A DNA stretch of 64,000 nt from Nitrospirota bacterium (GCA_963754875.1 CAVWHO010000017.1:144949-208948), one strand, 5' to 3'; positions 18,813 to 29,149 are shown, counted from the stretch's first letter. Translations and numbers: made by a program. Notes: a model not told the origin generated them from the letters alone.

Positions 18813-20282
18813 ATGCACAATATTCTAATAAAAAAAATCCTGCGTGTTTACGAGAATGTATTGTTCAAAAATAGTTCCTGGGGATTAATGTCTCATATCT
18901 CGCAAACAATCCTGGTAAGCTTTTTTTTCATCATCATTGCAAGAATATATTCTACTACTGAATTTGCCAACTACATAATTGCCATTACTATTTACCAGCT
19001 TGTAGCAGCTTTTTCCACTTTCGGACTTAGCCAATGGTTTATTAGGGAATTTGCAGGTACGAGCAACCGAACGGATTTAATAAGTAAATTTTTGAAGATG
19101 CAAATTTATTTTGGGGTTTTTTTTTATGTCATAAATATCATTTTTACACTATTTGTTTATAATGACGGGTTCATCCGCCTATTGGCCGCAATCTGTGGTC
19201 TTAATATTATTTTTGATAATTCAATTAATGCGATAAAATGTTTGAATATTGCAGAATTTCAGCAAACAAGAACATTTAAAATACTTACAGTTGAGGCGTT
19301 TTTAAAGTTAATAACTGGCTGCTTTCTGTTTGCGTATCCATTCTCTATAATCACACTGTCCACCCTTCTAATAATCATACGATTAGTAACCTTAAATATG
19401 TTCTTGACATATGGTTCTTCCAGCCTAATCAGTTTGCATTCTCTTTTGAAGTACAAGTTATCATTTATTGATATACGGCACTTGATCATTTTAAATTGGC
19501 CATTTGTGATTATTGGAAGTGTGTCCATGGTAAATTGGCGCCTTGCAAATATTATAATATCGAAAACATTAACTATTGCCGATATCGCTAATTATGAAAT
19601 ATCTTATAAGGTATTTTCAATAGCTCAATTGTTACCAGTCGTTGTATCCACCACAGTTTATCCGTTGCTAGTAAAATTATATGCAGAGGGAGACATGGAT
19701 AGGTTTCGATCTTTATATAAAATGACTCATTTGTATTATCTATTATTTGGTCTTTTTTCTTACACATTTATTTATACATTTTCAGATTTCCTGATACCGT
19801 TGGCATTTGGTTCAAGATATGTCTTCAGTGCAGTTTATACAAAACAGCTATTCTTAACAATGCTAGTTTTTCCTACAGCTTTTTTACAAGCAAATATCCT
19901 AATTGCTATGAGATATGAAAAAAATGACATGTGGTTAAATATCATTTTACTCTTAGCAAATATTATTATATGTCTTATCGGATTGCATTATATAAAATCA
20001 CTTGCAGTAGTGACTATTTCTATTTTCTTATCTTTTCTTATCTTTCATATTTTGCAAGATATATTTATGATAAAAGTAAACGTCTCGACCATAAGACACG
20101 CCTTCACATTTTATGCTATTAGTTTAGTGGCTGTCATTAGCTATATATTACTATCCAAAGCTTTTGGTTCTTACTTTGCTTTTTTTACCTTTTGGCTCTT
20201 GACATATTATTTCCTGATTCGCTCGAATAAACTTAAGCATCACAATGAAAATATTACTTTTTTAACAATTAAGGATGGATAG
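18813..20282 (+). CDS. Wzx-like polysaccharide flippase (MOP superfamily), AT-rich gene
   Basis: 489 aa, 12-14 hydrophobic segments; first gene of the low-GC cassette. Confidence 0.6.
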   Translation: MHNILIKKILRVYENVLFKNSSWGLMSHISQTILVSFFFIIIARIYSTTEFANYIIAITIYQLVAAFSTFGLSQWFIREFAGTSNRTDLISKFLKMQIYFGVFFYVINIIFTLFVYNDGFIRLLAAICGLNIIFDNSINAIKCLNIAEFQQTRTFKILTVEAFLKLITGCFLFAYPFSIITLSTLLIIIRLVTLNMFLTYGSSSLISLHSLLKYKLSFIDIRHLIILNWPFVIIGSVSMVNWRLANIIISKTLTIADIANYEISYKVFSIAQLLPVVVSTTVYPLLVKLYAEGDMDRFRSLYKMTHLYYLLFGLFSYTFIYTFSDFLIPLAFGSRYVFSAVYTKQLFLTMLVFPTAFLQANILIAMRYEKNDMWLNIILLLANIIICLIGLHYIKSLAVVTISIFLSFLIFHILQDIFMIKVNVSTIRHAFTFYAISLVAVISYILLSKAFGSYFAFFTFWLLTYYFLIRSNKLKHHNENITFLTIKDG

Positions 20283-20386
20283 GATAATGTATAAAATGAT
20301 TTTCCATATTAAATCTAGAGTAATAAAAGTCGCTAATGTGGCAATTGACAAGTGGATAAACTGTATACAATAAGAAGAGAAAATTA

Positions 20387-21343
20387 ATGGCAAGAGCTAA
20401 AAGTGCACTGATTTGCGGAATTTCAGGTCAGGACGGCGCATACCTTTCGCAGTTTCTGTTAAACAAGGGGTATGAAATATATGGTACCTCCCGCGATGCG
20501 CAAATGCAAGCATTTCATAACCTGGCCCGACTCGGAATACGTGATCGCGTAAAAACGGAATCAATGGCATTGAATGACTTCCGAAGTGTCCTCCAGATTG
20601 TTGCCAAAGTCAGGCCGGATGAGATCTATAACCTGGCAGGACAGAGCTCGGTAGGACTTTCCTTTCAGCAACCTATAGAGACACTAGAAAGTATTAGTGG
20701 AGGTACTCTCAATTTGCTTGAAGCAATCCGTTTCATCGACCTTCCCGTCAAATTTTACAATGCTGGCTCTAGTGAAAGTTTTGGGGATACCGGTGGCGCC
20801 TCGGCGGATGAATCCACCCCATTCAGGCCGAGAAGCCCTTATGCAGTGGCAAAGGCGACTTCTTGTTGGGAAGTGTCAAATTACCGAGAGGCTTACGGCC
20901 TCTTTGCCTGTTCTGGAATCCTGTTTAACCATGAGTCTCCCTTACGGCCAGATCGCTTCGTAACAAAAAAAATAACTTCCGCCGTCTGTCGGATCGCTAA
21001 AGGATCAAGGGAAAAACTGAGGTTGGGGGATATTTCAATTTCCAGGGACTGGGGATGGGCCTCGGAATATGTCGAGGCGATGTGGCTTATGCTCCAGCAG
21101 GATCAACCGGATGACTACGTGATAGCCACGGGAGAGGAGCATACCCTGGAAGAGTTCACATCTTTTGCCTTTGGATGCATGGGGATTGACTGGCGCGACT
21201 ATGTGGAAAATGGCCCTGAATTGTATAGACCGACCGAAATCAGGACAAGTCGAGGGAACCCTGAAAAGGCGCTGACTCAGCTGGGCTGGCAGGCTCGTTA
21301 TAAGATGTGCGACATAGTTAAAATGATGTTAATGGAACAGTAA
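20387..21343 (+). CDS. gmd: GDP-mannose 4,6-dehydratase family SDR (Gmd/Rmd-like)
   Basis: ALICGISGQDGAYLSQFLLNKGYEIYG N-terminus; catalytic YAVAKA (YxxxK) motif. Confidence 0.75.
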   Translation: MARAKSALICGISGQDGAYLSQFLLNKGYEIYGTSRDAQMQAFHNLARLGIRDRVKTESMALNDFRSVLQIVAKVRPDEIYNLAGQSSVGLSFQQPIETLESISGGTLNLLEAIRFIDLPVKFYNAGSSESFGDTGGASADESTPFRPRSPYAVAKATSCWEVSNYREAYGLFACSGILFNHESPLRPDRFVTKKITSAVCRIAKGSREKLRLGDISISRDWGWASEYVEAMWLMLQQDQPDDYVIATGEEHTLEEFTSFAFGCMGIDWRDYVENGPELYRPTEIRTSRGNPEKALTQLGWQARYKMCDIVKMMLMEQ

Positions 21344-21438
21344 AGGATGAAGCTGGGCGGAGAATTATAAACCGGTCGCGTTATGCTTACTGGCAGAGAT
21401 TATGAAGGTGATTTCAAGTAAAAAAAAGAGCTGATGAT

Positions 21439-22551
21439 ATGCCAAAATTAAAGAAAAAACTCTGCTGGATAACACCTGATTATTTTTTGTGCGTTGATGC
21501 TTTAATTGTTCCAGAGCTATCTAATGACTATGAGATTGACTGGATTCTTATTAATACACGAAATACAGGAAGAAAATCAGATGGCCTAGTATTTAATACA
21601 TTTAAGCCCAAAGAATATAACCTAAAATATAGACAAAGGGACCCCCGCATAATAATACAATATCTGAGGTTACTAAACAACATCCGGGAATCAGATGCTG
21701 ACTTAATTTATATATCTTTTCACGGTCTGCCATATTTTTTCCCTCTTTTCTTTTTGTTAATAAACCCCAATCGGGTGATTTATGGTGCTCACAATGTTAG
21801 TACTCCAAAAGGGGCGAGTAATGAGTGCCTTATGCGAATATATAATAATTATGTACATAGCAGAATGAAAAAATTTCACGTATTTTCGAAGTCGCAGTTA
21901 ACCATTATTAGAAGACTGCTACCTGATAAAAAATCATATTATGCTCCCTTAGCTCTAGAAGATTATGGATCATCAGCTGTTATTCCACCTGATAATATAA
22001 TAAGGTTTTTATTTTTTGGGTACATTAGAAATTATAAAAGGCTAGATTTATTGATAAATGCTTTTCAGGATTTGTACAAATCCGGAATGCAAAATATTGA
22101 GCTCTATATTGCCGGCAATTGTGAAAATTGGGAATATTATCAATCAATGATTACTATCAGTGAAGGGATTAAAACAAGAATTGAAATTATACCCAATCAT
22201 GATATTCCAGATCTAATATCTTCTTGCCATTATATGGTATTGCCTTACCAGGATATAGCCCAAAGTGCGGTGCTTACATTAGCATATCAATACAATAAGC
22301 CAATAATCGCTTCCGATATTGATCCTTTCAGGGAGTTCATCGTAGATGGATTTACAGGATTCTTTTTTAAAAGACAATCACGGGAAAGTTTATCTTCTGT
22401 TATGAGAGAAGTAATTTTAAAGCATAATGCTAATTACGAAAACATGAGACAAAATATCATGGCTTTTGTAAAGAAAGAGTATTCAATGAGCCAAATAATA
22501 TCTATGTATAAAGCCTTTTTAGATGAATGTATTTCAAGGGAACAGCAATAA
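21439..22551 (+). CDS. glycosyltransferase family 4
   Basis: C-terminal GT4 signature region HYMVLPYQDIAQSAVLTLAYQYNKPIIASDIDPFREFIVDGFTGFFF. Confidence 0.7.
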   Translation: MPKLKKKLCWITPDYFLCVDALIVPELSNDYEIDWILINTRNTGRKSDGLVFNTFKPKEYNLKYRQRDPRIIIQYLRLLNNIRESDADLIYISFHGLPYFFPLFFLLINPNRVIYGAHNVSTPKGASNECLMRIYNNYVHSRMKKFHVFSKSQLTIIRRLLPDKKSYYAPLALEDYGSSAVIPPDNIIRFLFFGYIRNYKRLDLLINAFQDLYKSGMQNIELYIAGNCENWEYYQSMITISEGIKTRIEIIPNHDIPDLISSCHYMVLPYQDIAQSAVLTLAYQYNKPIIASDIDPFREFIVDGFTGFFFKRQSRESLSSVMREVILKHNANYENMRQNIMAFVKKEYSMSQIISMYKAFLDECISREQQ

Positions 22552-22568
22552 AAAAAAATGGGCTCTGT

Positions 22569-23726
22569 ATGAAAAAAATAGGAATATTAACTTATTTAAA
22601 TGAATATGCAAATCTTGGTACTAACATGCAAGCGTATTGCACGTTGGAGGCAATTAAAAAAGAATATCCTGATGCCCAAGTAGAACTAATAAATTATGTG
22701 GGATGGCGGCGGCCAATGAGGCCCTATCTAACGGATATTTCTTTTCATTCGTTTAAAAATGATATTATCAGAATTAAAAAATATAATATTTTTTTTAAAA
22801 ATGAAATTACAACGAGCCGAAACAAATTAATGTCTTCAAACCGTGACAACTCTATTGAGTTTATTAAGAAACAAAACTATGACGCAATATATGTTGGCTC
22901 TGATACGGTGTTGGAATTACAACAGGCCAACAAAGATAACTTGACTGCATACTGGTTAGACAATACGGTTGATAGTCATAAATTTCTTATAGCAGCTTCC
23001 TCTCATAATGTTTATTATGACGCCTTATCTGAAAATCAAAAGAATCTAATTCAGAAAACAATAGATGGATTTTCTTTATTAGGGGTTAGAGATGAGGCTA
23101 CCTTCCGATTGCTATCAAATTTTACGTCGCCAGGAGATAAAAGGTTGCAAATCGTACCAGATCCAACGTTTACCTATGAAATAGATTATAGTATTGCCGA
23201 GCAATATATTAAAAGGAAGAAATTAAATTTTAATAAACCTGTTGTCTGTTTGCATTTATTAAGAAATACAAAATGGGCGTGGGATTTATCGAATTATTTC
23301 AGAAAGTCGGGTTTTATTGTAGTATCGCTTCGTCCTGCTTATTATGCTGATATGATTTTTACAGATTTGTCGCCTTTTGAACAAATGGGAATATATAAAT
23401 ATTTTGACCTCGTCATAACTCATCGATTCCATGATTCCATTTTTTGTATAAAAAATTATACTCCTGTTATTTTCTTTACAGAGAATGTTACTGATGTAAC
23501 GCCAGATCAAGAATCGAAAGCCTTGACGCTATTTAAGTCGTTTAAATTAGACAAATCAAATTACATCGCAAACAAGGATATTTTGACAGCTAAATATTTA
23601 CTTGATATGCAGCAGAAGGCGATAATGAATTTTAAAAATAATGAGGATTTTATTAAATGTGAACTTAAGGTGCAAAAAAATAAATATGAAAACTTTGTAC
23701 AGGAATCTAGAAGAATGTGCATGTAA
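22569..23726 (+). CDS. polysaccharide pyruvyl transferase family protein
   Basis: N-terminus MKKIGILTYLNEYANLGTNMQAYCTL and later DLVITHRFHDSIF are typical of CsaB/WcaK-type pyruvyl transferases. Confidence 0.6.
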   Translation: MKKIGILTYLNEYANLGTNMQAYCTLEAIKKEYPDAQVELINYVGWRRPMRPYLTDISFHSFKNDIIRIKKYNIFFKNEITTSRNKLMSSNRDNSIEFIKKQNYDAIYVGSDTVLELQQANKDNLTAYWLDNTVDSHKFLIAASSHNVYYDALSENQKNLIQKTIDGFSLLGVRDEATFRLLSNFTSPGDKRLQIVPDPTFTYEIDYSIAEQYIKRKKLNFNKPVVCLHLLRNTKWAWDLSNYFRKSGFIVVSLRPAYYADMIFTDLSPFEQMGIYKYFDLVITHRFHDSIFCIKNYTPVIFFTENVTDVTPDQESKALTLFKSFKLDKSNYIANKDILTAKYLLDMQQKAIMNFKNNEDFIKCELKVQKNKYENFVQESRRMCM

Positions 23727-23733
23727 TGATTGC

Positions 23734-23859
23734 ACAACAATGAGATTACGCCCGAGCAAAATAGCTCGGATCGAATATCTACTGAACCGCCGACCAAGGA
23801 GCCTTGGTTACAAAACGCCATTGAAGGTCGCAGCCTCAAGTAATACACTTCGAGTTTGA
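23734..23859 (+). pseudogene. relic of an IS30-family transposase C-terminus (about 40 codons)
   Basis: ...KIARIEYLLNRRPRSLGYKTPLKV matches the characteristic IS30 C-terminal LNxRPRKxLGYKTPxEV tail. No upstream transposase body. Confidence 0.5.
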
Positions 23860-23899
23860 ATTCGCGACCTTACATTTTATCTGGTTATTCCCAAATTCT

Positions 23900-24994
23900 A
23901 TGAAAATTATTATAACCTCACCTTCACTTAAGAAAAATCACAATATAAGTGGCATTTCATCGGTCACACAATTTATTATCAAAAGAAATACGGGAAAGGA
24001 ATATATTCATTTTCAACTGGGCAAAAAAGACTTCGAAAGTCGTAATTTAGGCTGGTTTTTCCGAATTCTGAAAGCATATCTGAAATGGGGTTATTTGATG
24101 CTTACCCAAAAGGATATATTGATACATTTCAATCTCGCCTTTAGCATACTCTCCATATTTCGTGATTCTCCTTTGATTTTATTTGCCCGCTTGTTGCGCA
24201 AACCCATGATTATTCATTTACATGGTGGTGAATATCTCACAGAGAGCAAAATGCCATTATTGATAAAGTATATTTTAAAATGCAGTATGTCGGGCCAAAA
24301 CCCGAAAATTGTCCTAAGTTCTACGGAAAAGAAAATGATCAATCGAAATTTCAGTATTAGTAAAATATTTGTTCTCCCAAATTGCATCGAATTAGAGGAT
24401 GCAGGCAAGTTTCAACGTACTTATACGAAAAACGAGGTGCTCAGACTTCTATTCATGGGCCGTATTGTTGTAAGCAAGGGAATTGAATTAATTTTTCGGG
24501 CACTGGAATGCCTAAAACAGAAAGGCGTTAGATTAAAATTTGTTATAGCAGGCAAAGGCCCTGACGAAAAACTTTATGTCCGTAAATTTAGGGAGTTGTT
24601 AGGCGAGGATTTTGAACATAAGGGCGTTGTATCAGGTGACCAAAAGACAGAATTATTAAGAAATTGCCATGTATTTCTTTTGCCATCATTTTTTGAGGGA
24701 TTGCCAATGGCATTGATCGAGAGCATGTCTTTTGGCTTAGTCCCCGTAACCACGAATGTTGGTTCCATCAAGTATGTAATTAAACATGAGATAAACGGGA
24801 TATTTGTAAATAAGCATTCATCAGCAGAAATAGCATCTGCTATTGAAAAACTTTCTAAAGATAAAGAACATTTGCAAGAATTAAGCAGAAATGCACGACA
24901 ATATATCTTTAGCAACTACAATCCGGACGCCTATATTGCCAGACTAAATGAGATCTACGACGATGAATATAATCATAAATATTCATTCAGTTAA
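23900..24994 (+). CDS. glycosyltransferase family 4
   Basis: FLLPSFFEGLPMALIESMSFGLVPVTTNVGSIKYVIKHEINGIFV is a GT4 E-x7-E-type C-terminal motif. Confidence 0.75.
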   Translation: MKIIITSPSLKKNHNISGISSVTQFIIKRNTGKEYIHFQLGKKDFESRNLGWFFRILKAYLKWGYLMLTQKDILIHFNLAFSILSIFRDSPLILFARLLRKPMIIHLHGGEYLTESKMPLLIKYILKCSMSGQNPKIVLSSTEKKMINRNFSISKIFVLPNCIELEDAGKFQRTYTKNEVLRLLFMGRIVVSKGIELIFRALECLKQKGVRLKFVIAGKGPDEKLYVRKFRELLGEDFEHKGVVSGDQKTELLRNCHVFLLPSFFEGLPMALIESMSFGLVPVTTNVGSIKYVIKHEINGIFVNKHSSAEIASAIEKLSKDKEHLQELSRNARQYIFSNYNPDAYIARLNEIYDDEYNHKYSFS

Positions 24995-25901
24995 TAATAG
25001 TTTATGGTTTGAGACCATAATTTGTTTCTTAAAATCAAAGTATGCATTGATACCTGTAGAAACTTTGCATGAAATCTACCTGGGACGAATATATATAAAA
25101 AACTCATGTCATATTACTGTAGATGACGGCAATAAATCATTTTACGATGTAATTTTCCCCGTATTAAAAAAACATCATGTCCCGGCCTCTGTCTATGTAT
25201 CTCCCAAGATATGTAAAGAAAAAAGCAATTATTGGTTTCAGGAAATACAAGGATATGACCAAATTGAGTTAAAGCGGATCATTGCCGATATGTCGAATTG
25301 CTCATATAATTACCTTCTCAAGTATAGTGCAGAAGGGATATTGAAGACCTTTCCAGTTTACCAGATTCATGAAATAATAATGAGATACCGAAAAATAACT
25401 GATACTGAAAAAAAAGTATTTCAGAATCTGACGGTAAACAACCTTAAAGAGATCGATCAATCCGGTTTGGTGACAATTGGGTCGCACACTATCAACCACC
25501 CAATATTAACAAATGAAGATGATGCAAGCAGCAAATATGAAATAGTTGAATCTGTACGCGAATTATCAACCCTATTAAGCCGAGAAATAAAATATTTTGC
25601 ATATCCTAATGGCATACCTATCCTGGATTTTACAGAACGAGAGATGAATTATCTAAACAATATTGGTATTCAATTAGCTTTTACGACAGAGTCAAAAAAT
25701 ATCTCCTCCTTTGACAACCCAATGGGTATCCCCAGAATAGGAATATCGGATGGTGAAAGTTTGTCTTTTTTTAAAAGTAAATTATTTTTAGCTTCTTTTT
25801 GGAACACCTTTAAAAGGTTGAACCCGACAGGTGAATATAGAGAAAGAAAGGAATTACGCCGGTTTTTTCAGTCGGGAACACGCATGGATTATATTTCATG
25901 A
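24963..25901 (+). CDS. polysaccharide deacetylase (NodB homology domain)
   Basis: HITVDDGNKSFYDVIFPVL (motif 1 DD), GSHTINHPIL (motif 3). Confidence 0.7.
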   Translation: MNIIINIHSVNNSLWFETIICFLKSKYALIPVETLHEIYLGRIYIKNSCHITVDDGNKSFYDVIFPVLKKHHVPASVYVSPKICKEKSNYWFQEIQGYDQIELKRIIADMSNCSYNYLLKYSAEGILKTFPVYQIHEIIMRYRKITDTEKKVFQNLTVNNLKEIDQSGLVTIGSHTINHPILTNEDDASSKYEIVESVRELSTLLSREIKYFAYPNGIPILDFTEREMNYLNNIGIQLAFTTESKNISSFDNPMGIPRIGISDGESLSFFKSKLFLASFWNTFKRLNPTGEYRERKELRRFFQSGTRMDYIS

Positions 25902-26704
25902 ACGTCCAAAAACCTTTTCCATTACCTCATCGTACTATCCTTGGAATGCGGCTCGATGCGGCTAGCAATGCAGATGCAACTCGCATTATTTTAAAGTCGG
26001 CAAAGGAAAAAGTGCGCGGCTATGTTTGTGCAGCAAATGTGCACATGGTCATGGAATCGCACGATGAGGAGGCATTTCAAAGGATTGTGAACGGTGCCGT
26101 TTTAGTCATTCCGGACGGCATGCCTTTGGTTTGGGGTTTACGCTTTTTAGGGGTAAGAAAAGCTACTCACATTCGCGGCTACGATCTTACCGTGGATCTT
26201 CTCGAAGCGTCAGCACGAGAAGGCGTGACGGTCGGATTTTACGGCGGAAGCATCGAAGTTTTGAATAAGCTGCTGCAGGCTTCCCAAAAGAGATTCTCAC
26301 AACTTAAAGCAGTCTATTCATATAGCCCACCGTTCCGCCAGATGTCACATGAGGAAGATGAGCGTATAATTACGGAGATCAATGACTCAGGAGTGAACAT
26401 TCTCTTTGTCGGACTTGGATGTCCCAAGCAAGAGCGATGGATGGCAGAGCATGCTGGCCGTATCGACGCGATTATGATCGGCGTCGGTGCTGCGTTTGAT
26501 TTTTTAGGAGGCTCAAAGCCCCAAGCTCCTCGTTGGATGATGTCTGCAGGGCTTGAATGGTTATTTCGCTTGGTTATAGAGCCGCGAAGACTTTGGCGAA
26601 GATACTGTATTTATAATGCTCGATTTATAGTTTTATTTATTATGCAGTTGCTCAGCAATTACTACAGCATTGCCCGGCAAAAAATTTTTAAATGCATGGG
26701 CTGA
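25898..26704 (+). CDS. WecB/TagA/CpsF-family glycosyltransferase (GT26)
   Basis: VCAANVHMVMESHDEEAFQRIVNGAVLVIPDGMPLVWG ... LFVGLGCPKQERWMAEHAG matches the GT26 family pattern. Start overlaps previous stop. Confidence 0.8.
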   Translation: MNVQKPFPLPHRTILGMRLDAASNADATRIILKSAKEKVRGYVCAANVHMVMESHDEEAFQRIVNGAVLVIPDGMPLVWGLRFLGVRKATHIRGYDLTVDLLEASAREGVTVGFYGGSIEVLNKLLQASQKRFSQLKAVYSYSPPFRQMSHEEDERIITEINDSGVNILFVGLGCPKQERWMAEHAGRIDAIMIGVGAAFDFLGGSKPQAPRWMMSAGLEWLFRLVIEPRRLWRRYCIYNARFIVLFIMQLLSNYYSIARQKIFKCMG

Positions 26705-26921
26705 AAACCTCTTATTCTGGATAAGAAAGGAGACCAGACCCTATTCTAGCATCGACAAATCTTTTTTCACTCACACACATATGCCATTAGACGGGATCAA
26801 GCATACGCGCGATTACAACTGCTAAGGCAAGAGAGGGAAAAAGAAACACTGCTGTAATTAAAGAACCACAGAATCTTTTTCCATTTTAGTTTCCGGCATC
26901 TGAGCAGTATAGGTTTTATTT

Positions 26922-28034
26922 TCAATGAGCAACCAAATTACTTGGAATCAGAGGAGGAAAGCTAGTGTGTTTTTTGATAATGCTCCACTGCGCTTTATCC
27001 TGACGATTTACCTCTGGAATAAGACTCATGCCGTAATCCGTACCGCTCATGCTCGGCCACCATGAATTTGCCCCGGAAGGATCGGCATAGGCATAGTACC
27101 AATACGTTCCTGACACTCCATTTTGCTTCAAGACGTTAAGGAAATTGTCAAGTACAGTAAGCCATCGAGGATCGTTTTCTGGAATACCAAACTCTCCGAC
27201 AAATCCTTTTGCATTGCTCTGCTTTAGCCATTGTAAGAAGGGCTGAACTTTATCGACTCCCCAGTTGGGATACGCGCCTTGCTGGTCATACGTCTGTGTA
27301 TATGTGCCGCTCCCGTTGCCGTCAAAATACAAGTGGGCCTCATAGATGAGGTTGTTCGCCGGGTCAATAATTTTGAGGCCGCCATTGTCCCTAGGCCAAT
27401 AATAGGCGCTAGCCCATTGCGTGCCTTCCACGTAAATTGTTGTGTGCATATCGACTGAGCGGATGCCATTAACCGCCGCTTGTGCGGCTTGTGGCCACAC
27501 GCCTGTGCCGAGGTCGTGAGGTTCGTTCATGATATCGTAGCCAGCGAGACCAGCACTCCCCGATAGAGCTCCCGCCAGTTTGGTCCACAGATCTTGGAAA
27601 GCAGAAATGGGGAGAGAACTTGATCCGATAACCAGTCCGCCGGTACTGCTAACCGCAACGATGCCGTAATTAGCCACTGCGGTAGCCGCCCAATTAGGAT
27701 TGTAGCGCCCATAATTATGAATATCTACAATTACTTGCATTTTGCGGGTCGTTGCTAAGTCTAAAAATGATTTAAGCTTTCCAACTTCAGTTTGATTGAG
27801 CGGGCCATTGAGAGTAGACTGTAATTTTTCCCATGCGATGGGCAAACGGACGAGAACGATACCTTTATTTTTGAGATAATCAAGGTGGCTCGCAATCGGA
27901 TACGTTTCCCAAGAATATTCCGACCCAGATATGTTTATGCCGATCATTGCCCCGGTTGCCATACTTGGCGCAGCATAAGCCAGGATCATTAGTACGAAAA
28001 ATAATCTCTTTAGCATTTCATTTCTCTCCTTCAT
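26922..28034 (-). CDS. secreted glycoside hydrolase family 5 (cellulase-type)
   Basis: Signal peptide MLKRLFFVLMILAYAAPSMA; VIVDIHNYGRY and catalytic YDIMNEPHD (NEP acid/base) motifs. Confidence 0.8.
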   Translation of the reverse strand: MKERNEMLKRLFFVLMILAYAAPSMATGAMIGINISGSEYSWETYPIASHLDYLKNKGIVLVRLPIAWEKLQSTLNGPLNQTEVGKLKSFLDLATTRKMQVIVDIHNYGRYNPNWAATAVANYGIVAVSSTGGLVIGSSSLPISAFQDLWTKLAGALSGSAGLAGYDIMNEPHDLGTGVWPQAAQAAVNGIRSVDMHTTIYVEGTQWASAYYWPRDNGGLKIIDPANNLIYEAHLYFDGNGSGTYTQTYDQQGAYPNWGVDKVQPFLQWLKQSNAKGFVGEFGIPENDPRWLTVLDNFLNVLKQNGVSGTYWYYAYADPSGANSWWPSMSGTDYGMSLIPEVNRQDKAQWSIIKKHTSFPPLIPSNLVAH

Positions 28035-28108
28035 AATAGGTTACTCTTTGTAGATTGGGATTAATAATGACATTTCTACAATCTAATTTCAATTATGGAT
28101 AGAGAATG

Positions 28109-28438
28109 CTAATGCACTTTTTGAACTGTTCTGAGCGGGAATTGTAAACCACCTGAGCTCCCGTCATTGGCTGCAAGCCAGCGCTTTTTTTTAACCTCGT
28201 TTTCCAAGTGAGCTTTTTTGAGCGCTTGTTCCGACTGGCCGATTCGTTCTTCCAACCCAGCTTCTTTTGCGGAATCGGCTTCGAAGCTTTTTTTGATATA
28301 CTGCTTTCTCCAATGATACAGATGCCCGGAGGAAATGCTGTGTCTCCGGCAGAGCTGGGCTGCGGTGCTCACCCCGCTCAGATACTCTTCAACGACCTAG
28401 CCTTTGAATTCGGTGCTGAACTTCCTCTGTTTGCTCAT
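28109..28438 (-). pseudogene. IS3-family OrfA-like transposase relic with in-frame TAG; no OrfB
   Basis: Minus-strand reading MSKQRKFSTEFKG-stop(28399..28397)-VVEEYLSGVSTAAQLCRRHSISSGHLYHWRKQY... is an IS3 orfA HTH region; ends against the GH5 gene. Confidence 0.6.
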
Positions 28439-28692
28439 GACAAGATCCTTTCCGCCCCTCGGGGCCGAAGATCCTGTCCGACATTCTAACATAACTTGAC
28501 TTGTCTAAACAGAGGGGGTCAGTTCAGACGGCGGGAACCTTTCATCTATTAGAGAAGCATGGACGCAAAGCGACTATTGATATGAAATCGGCAAAACAAA
28601 CATTAGCTGAGAGAGATCTCGTAAGTCAAAGTAAAAAAGAAAAAGAGACAGCAACTTGTTTTGATCCCTAGCTCAAAAATCGGGTTTCACAA

Positions 28693-28728
28693 CCGAAGGT
28701 CACGTTTTCAAACCTTGTCACGCTACCA
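28693..28728 (+). other. second, more diverged copy of the tRNA-3'-end-like sequence
   Basis: ACCGAAGGTCACGTTTTCAAACCTTGTCACGCTACCA aligns with 1778..1814 at about 70 % identity. Confidence 0.35.
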
Positions 28729-28738
28729 AATCTATCAA

Positions 28739-28764
28739 GGGGTTACAGCACATGCTGTAACCCC
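28739..28764 (+). terminator. perfect 26-bp palindrome GGGGTTACAGCACATGCTGTAACCCC followed by GATTTATTTAT (terminator-like); same core as 1826..1849
   Basis: Exact repeat of the 22-nt core with both arms extended by one G:C pair. Confidence 0.45.
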
Positions 28765-28832
28765 GATTTATTTATCAGGACAGTCTCAGGACACTCTCGA
28801 AACATGAGATGTGACAGTGATAAAAGACGAGT

Positions 28833-29060
28833 TTGACAGCCTCAATGTCGAATGAAAAAAAGGAAAATTATGGGATGAAGTCTATACAAAGAGGATGGCA
28901 TTGTCATCGAATTCGATCCGATCACAATTCAAAAAAATTTCGCGTTCTTGCTGATAGCAATATCTATAAGATTGGGGATTGTGAATACATAAGAACCAAA
29001 ATCGAACTCCATCCCGGAGACGAAATTCTCTTCACTCCCATAGGCCCAATGGGTTCATAA
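28833..29060 (+). CDS. small conserved hypothetical protein, paralog of 1924..2220 product (start uncertain; ATG 28875 also possible)
   Basis: Shares the IRTKIELHPGDEILF block with gene 1924..2220. Same position relative to the palindrome. Confidence 0.5.
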   Translation: MTASMSNEKKENYGMKSIQRGWHCHRIRSDHNSKKFRVLADSNIYKIGDCEYIRTKIELHPGDEILFTPIGPMGS

Positions 29061-29149
29061 ATCCAAACGTTTGATCGTTCTGCATCGTTATACTGACTAG
29101 TTGAAAGTATCGTTGTATCGGATTTTTTCCCTTGGGATGCCAGGTACAC

